From IMG/VR virus record IMGVR_UViG_2576861188_000003: a stretch of 20,000 nucleotides of DNA; one strand, written 5' to 3'. The translations under genes were made by a program, and so were the position numbers. The notes under the pieces were generated by a model. The model did not search any database. It was given only the letters and a program-made list of their open reading frames with translations, and was not told where the DNA came from. Of the stretch, positions 15,986 to 20,000 are shown piece after piece. Every line of letters starts with the position of its first letter. Position 1 is the first letter of the stretch. Source of the stretch: an uncultured virus (IMG/VR IMGVR_UViG_2576861188_000003). Lineage: Duplodnaviria; Heunggongvirae; Uroviricota; Caudoviricetes.

Positions 15986-17748
15986 TCGGGTATGTCACAG
16001 CTGTAAGAGGAACCTCCGTCCGTGCAATCGTACATCCAAACCTGTATCAGACTACATATATATATGATGGAAGATTATACCGTGGTGTTGCTATAAATGA
16101 ATTTATAGTCATAAAAAAAGGGTATCACGATATTATCGGAAAAATTGAGGGTGAAGAAATCATCGAAAAGAAAAACTTTGACAACACACAACCCAACAAT
16201 GAAAAGTTTGATAGATTTGTAGATATTAAAATCATCGGTTATATTTCAGGAAATAAATTTCACTCGGGTATAAAATACCTACCAATGATTCAGGATGAAT
16301 TACACCTCATATCTGACGAAATTATATCCACAATATATTCTTTCGAAGGCAAGATAGATGCTAAAAAAATATTAATTGGCAAATCACTCTTAGAAGAAAT
16401 ACCTATTCACATCCCAATAAACGGCATATTCAATTCACACATCGGAATATTTGGAAATACAGGAAGTGGTAAATCCAATTCTTTAGCAAAAATATATAGT
16501 GAGCTTTTCTCTTGTGTGGGAGATAAATTATTCAATAAATCCACCTTTGTATTTATTGACTTCAACGGTGAATATAAACCCATTCACAATCAGTTCAAAG
16601 ACAAGAGTAATTATATTGAACTTGACACTCATTTAAAGAATGGAAATCAAAAGTTAAAAATCAAAAAATCAGAGTATTGGGACCCAGAATTACTTTCAGT
16701 CCTATTTTCTGCCACAGAAAAAACTCAAAAACCATTTCTAAATATACTTGTTAGAAACAGACTCAAGTATGGCGATGAACTCAATGATTATTTTCATGAC
16801 ACCATAAAAATAATGTTTGGTCAAAATCAACACCGAGAAACAATTAGTGTACTTCGTTCAATAATTAACATTATCAATCCTGAAAAATCTAAAGAAATAA
16901 ACTCTGAATTATCTGAGTTCAGTTGGTTCTCAAGAGGGGAAAACAACAAATATTATAGAAATGGTACATTTCTCAACACTCCAGATGAATATCTTGCTCA
17001 CCTACCTACTCTTGCAAGTACCAATATCGACATCACAACATTATCGCCTTTTCAGCAAATAACTGTTAGGGCAACCCTTCAATTAATAAAATCCGTATCT
17101 AGGAACTATGTACAATATGAGCATATAAGCCCATTAATTAGCAAAATAAACTCCTCAAGCAGTTCACTTGAAAAAGTGATTGAAATAATTGATGATATTG
17201 AGCTTGAAACCAAACCATTATTATTTATATCATTAAAGAATTGTAACCAAGAAACGAAAAAATCGATTCCAATGTTGATTGCAAAATGTTCTTTTTTGGA
17301 ACATAAGAAAAAAGACACATCGCAAAACAGCTTTCACCTGATTGTTGATGAGGCTCATAACATATTATCGGAGATATCTAATAGAGAATCCGAGACCTGG
17401 AAAGATTACCGATTAGAACTGTTTGAAGAAATAATAAAGGAAGGCCGGAAATTTGCTTATTTTGTCACGATTGCAAGCCAGAGACCAGCAGACATATCAA
17501 CAACAATAATATCTCAAATACATAATTATTTTCTCCACCGCTTAGTTAACGAAAATGATTTATTCTTACTCAAAAACTCTATAAGCAATCTTGATAGTTC
17601 TTCGCGCGGCTTAGTTCCTATACTGCCATCTGGTGCCTGTGTAGTATCGGGCACAGCATTTCATACTCCGATGATCATACAAATCCAGCGTCTACCTTCA
17701 GAATTAGCACCTGAAAGCGATACTATTGATCTGGACTCATTTTGGTAA
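15973..17748 (+). CDS. herA: HerA/FtsK-family ATPase of the SIR2-HerA defence system
   Basis: N-terminal HAS-barrel-like region, HIGIFGNTGSGKS Walker A, IDFNGEY, LIVDEAHN Walker B, KEGRKF, SQRP; overlaps the SIR2 stop. Confidence 0.92.
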   Translation: MQFIIGYVTAVRGTSVRAIVHPNLYQTTYIYDGRLYRGVAINEFIVIKKGYHDIIGKIEGEEIIEKKNFDNTQPNNEKFDRFVDIKIIGYISGNKFHSGIKYLPMIQDELHLISDEIISTIYSFEGKIDAKKILIGKSLLEEIPIHIPINGIFNSHIGIFGNTGSGKSNSLAKIYSELFSCVGDKLFNKSTFVFIDFNGEYKPIHNQFKDKSNYIELDTHLKNGNQKLKIKKSEYWDPELLSVLFSATEKTQKPFLNILVRNRLKYGDELNDYFHDTIKIMFGQNQHRETISVLRSIINIINPEKSKEINSELSEFSWFSRGENNKYYRNGTFLNTPDEYLAHLPTLASTNIDITTLSPFQQITVRATLQLIKSVSRNYVQYEHISPLISKINSSSSSLEKVIEIIDDIELETKPLLFISLKNCNQETKKSIPMLIAKCSFLEHKKKDTSQNSFHLIVDEAHNILSEISNRESETWKDYRLELFEEIIKEGRKFAYFVTIASQRPADISTTIISQIHNYFLHRLVNENDLFLLKNSISNLDSSSRGLVPILPSGACVVSGTAFHTPMIIQIQRLPSELAPESDTIDLDSFW

Positions 17749-17807
17749 TTACTGGAAATGTTTCACTTTGAAGTTATTACGCCAAACAGGAAATTTGATT
17801 GATACCT

Positions 17808-17831
17808 GCCGCCACCAGGCGGCTTTTTTTT
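17808..17831 (+). terminator. Rho-independent terminator after herA
   Basis: GCCGCC-ACCA-GGCGGC-TTTTTTTT. Confidence 0.85.
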
Positions 17832-17972
17832 CTTCACCATGCCTACGAACCTCAGAAACCCGCTACACCGACAAACACCTTGATGCCCCCTTAAGACTTC
17901 TTAGCGAATCTGCATCCCATAGCAACGCTCTCAACCTGCCAAAATAAATATGTACGTTAGCGCTGGCGCGCA

Positions 17973-17991
17973 ATGCTCTCCCCGCCACGCC
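17973..17991 (-). other. P2/P4/186-type cos site (19-nt cohesive end)
   Basis: Minus strand GGCGTGGCGGGGAGAGCAT, close to recalled 186/P2 cohesive ends; located between cargo and psu as in P4. Confidence 0.82.
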
Positions 17992-18164
17992 TGCCCGCTT
18001 AAGGGGGCGCTTTTAATGCAGGTGCATGAACGGCCTCAGGACGCGCCAGTGCTGGCGCTGGCGGGGGATTGAGTGTCGGTAAAACGCATGCAAAACCATG
18101 CACCTTATGCATGCATGGCTTTTATACGTAAAAATGGCGAGATTTTCGGGGATTTTTAAGCGGA

Positions 18165-18728
18165 CTACTGCACGGCCAGTTCTGCACGGCGGCGGGTGTA
18201 ATTCAGGTTCTGTGCGGGTGTGAATTTTTCACGATTATCATCGCGCGAAGCCGCGTCAGGCCTGAATCCGATGGCAGTTAAAATGTCATTATCCTGCGCC
18301 GAATAATTAATTTTTTCACCAGCGGACAGCCAGAGCTGTAGCGCCTCGCGCAGATAATCGAGCGAGTGCTGCATGGCGCAGCGCTGAACGGCGGAATGTT
18401 GCCCGGAATAATTCATCAGCTCCGGGGCAAGGGCGGCGGCCAGCTCCGCACCGTGCGCCTGCATAAAATCATTTAATCGGTCGCGGATGCTGATGCGCTG
18501 CACCTCCTCATGCGAGCGGATATAACGCCCGGCAGCCTGATTTATTTCCCACTTTTTCACCTCGATAATCTCACGCAGCGTTTGCAGGCTCCGGCCGCTG
18601 TGGCCGCTGCCGGCAAGCTGTTCGCGGTATGCCTGTTCGGCCTGCTTCAGTTCATCCCGGCGTTGCAGCCAGGCGGATTTATTTGCCTGGCTGGCCTCAA
18701 AGGCTTTCTGTAGCGTCAGTGTGGTCAC
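18165..18728 (-). CDS. psu: Polarity suppression protein (Rho inhibitor / capsid decoration)
   Basis: Strong resemblance to P4 Psu (NQAAGRYIRSHE, ISIRDRLNDFMQ, GEKINYSAQD, REKFTPAQN); GTG at 18728 after CAGGAG. Confidence 0.92.
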   Translation of the reverse strand: MTTLTLQKAFEASQANKSAWLQRRDELKQAEQAYREQLAGSGHSGRSLQTLREIIEVKKWEINQAAGRYIRSHEEVQRISIRDRLNDFMQAHGAELAAALAPELMNYSGQHSAVQRCAMQHSLDYLREALQLWLSAGEKINYSAQDNDILTAIGFRPDAASRDDNREKFTPAQNLNYTRRRAELAVQ

Positions 18729-18756
18729 GTATGTTTCTCCTGATGACTGGCCGTGC

Positions 18757-18975
18757 TCACGCACCGGCACGGTTAACGGTGGCCGCCGGTGCGGGTACCG
18801 GGATGACCGGCTCTGTCACCGGTGAACGAATAACCCCGTCGATGGATTCAAGCGTGCGGAACGTGGCCGAGCACTCGATGTTCATGCACTGGTGATAGCG
18901 CTGTTTGACGTTATCTGACAAATACCGACTGGTGCGGGAATGCGCGCTAGTTTTGCAGAACGGACAGTGAAACAT
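18757..18975 (-). CDS. Ogr/Delta-family zinc-finger late activator (single domain)
   Basis: MFHCPFC...AHSRTSRYLS...RYHQCMNIECSATF. Confidence 0.92.
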   Translation of the reverse strand: MFHCPFCKTSAHSRTSRYLSDNVKQRYHQCMNIECSATFRTLESIDGVIRSPVTEPVIPVPAPAATVNRAGA

Positions 18976-19277
18976 GCCTATGCCCCACCTTATGAAAGCC
19001 ATTTTGAATCAGTTTTTTGAAAAGAACATAAAACTACCTGACTACCAAGGTGCGCTGAACCAGCAAAGTAATCCCTACTAACAACAATCTTCATTCTTTT
19101 AAAGCTGCAAATCGTTCATAGCGAAAAGTCCCTAACCTCATCAATATCTCATTGAAATATAATCAAAAGAAACAAAATCAAAAGCGAGGTTAATAAATAT
19201 TAAAAAGACCTTTTGCCGATAATGTGCTAGAAATTTGTTCAACGCATCTCAGAGCCAATGACGGGAATAATGAGAAT

Positions 19278-20000
19278 ATGGATACGACGTTGCTGAGCGC
19301 ATTAGATACCGATGGACGCGATAAATTCGAAAGCGCTATGAATGCCTTACAAGGCGATGTTTCCGCTGCAGCCGCGAGGTTGTCGGTCGACCCCCGCTTA
19401 CGCCTTGAGTACTCAAAAAGAATCAAAGAAATGTCCGCAGACTTACGCGCAAAGGCCAATGCTGGAGTGATCTCTTGGGACAAAGCGGCACGAGAGGCTC
19501 AGGAAACGAGAAATTTGATCATGGAGATGGTGCGCTCTCGCAGCACTCCCCTGGGACGGGCAATGGCCGAACGGATAAAAAGCGAAGGTAAGACGCTTAA
19601 TGAGTTGGTAGCAAAAAAAGCGAAAGCTTTATTCGGCCCGCAGGCAAATTTTAACAGTCTTTCGGAAGTACAAAAAAATCAGATATATGCAAGTATCGTT
19701 GAATCCGCAGGCAAGTCTAACCCACAAGTAAACATGAAAATGATGCAACTCTCGCGCATTGGAAGAGGGCTGATTGTTCTTTCGATTGCGATTTCTGTTT
19801 ACGAAATTTATACCGCTGATGATAAGGTTTCTGAATCAGGCAGGCAGATAGCGATTAATGGTGCAGGTATTGCCGGTGCTGCCGCGGGTGGCGCAATGGC
19901 GGGATTAATGTGTGGGCCAGGCGCACCTGTTTGCGTGCTCATCGGTGGCTTCGTCGGCGGCGCTCTTGCTGCATGGGAAATGGGACGTTTGTGGAATTGA
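19278..20000 (+). CDS. Hypothetical protein: helical N-terminal domain plus C-terminal hydrophobic glycine-zipper region
   Basis: 240 aa from ATG 19278 to TGA at 19998-20000; GLIVLSIAISVY and GAGIAGAAAGGAMAG...GGFVGGALAA segments. Confidence 0.8.
   Translation: MDTTLLSALDTDGRDKFESAMNALQGDVSAAAARLSVDPRLRLEYSKRIKEMSADLRAKANAGVISWDKAAREAQETRNLIMEMVRSRSTPLGRAMAERIKSEGKTLNELVAKKAKALFGPQANFNSLSEVQKNQIYASIVESAGKSNPQVNMKMMQLSRIGRGLIVLSIAISVYEIYTADDKVSESGRQIAINGAGIAGAAAGGAMAGLMCGPGAPVCVLIGGFVGGALAAWEMGRLWN

Larger units (their letters stand above)
13400..20000. mobile_element. P4-like phage satellite; continues beyond the right window edge
   Basis: att - P4-type int - cargo - cos - psu - ogr/delta order. 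Confidence 0.92.

Noticed and set aside
14828..17748. SIR2-HerA as a previously undescribed system
   Set aside because: The two-gene architecture and the P4 hotspot location are already described; kept as a finding of moderate interest only
17726..17947. Third gene of the SIR2-HerA operon (73 aa)
   Set aside because: TTG start inside herA and the frame runs through the terminator at 17808-17831
19190..19483. Minus-strand 97-aa ORF as a sid remnant
   Set aside because: No resemblance to Sid that I can recognise; it is the antisense shadow of the 19278-20000 gene

Overview
The window covers two mobile elements arranged in tandem at the tmRNA (ssrA) 3' end of an enterobacterial chromosome. (1) 1-13435 is the early/regulatory half of a lambdoid prophage: a lysis cassette (spanin-like gene, GH108 endolysin, two holin-like genes), pR' with terminators, Q antiterminator, an initiator + DnaC-like loader + DnaB replication module with five iterons, a cro/cI switch with TTTATC-N5-GATAAA operators, an early operon (XRE-HTH protein, stand-alone S24 peptidase, small ORFs, ParB-like protein), xis and int, and a convergent Panacea (DUF4065) antitoxin with an unannotated, possibly PemK/MazF-like partner. 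It ends at a displaced ssrA 3' fragment (att, 13400-13435). (2) 13400->20000 is a P4-like satellite: IntA-like integrase, an AT-rich SIR2-HerA anti-phage pair in the int-psu hotspot, a 186/P2-type cos site, psu and a single-domain ogr/delta. Where sid is expected there is instead a divergent gene encoding a glycine-zipper membrane protein of unknown function. The best candidates for novelty are the Panacea pair, the HTH + free S24 protease pair, and the second P4 cargo slot. All family assignments come from motif recognition by eye; no database searches were run.
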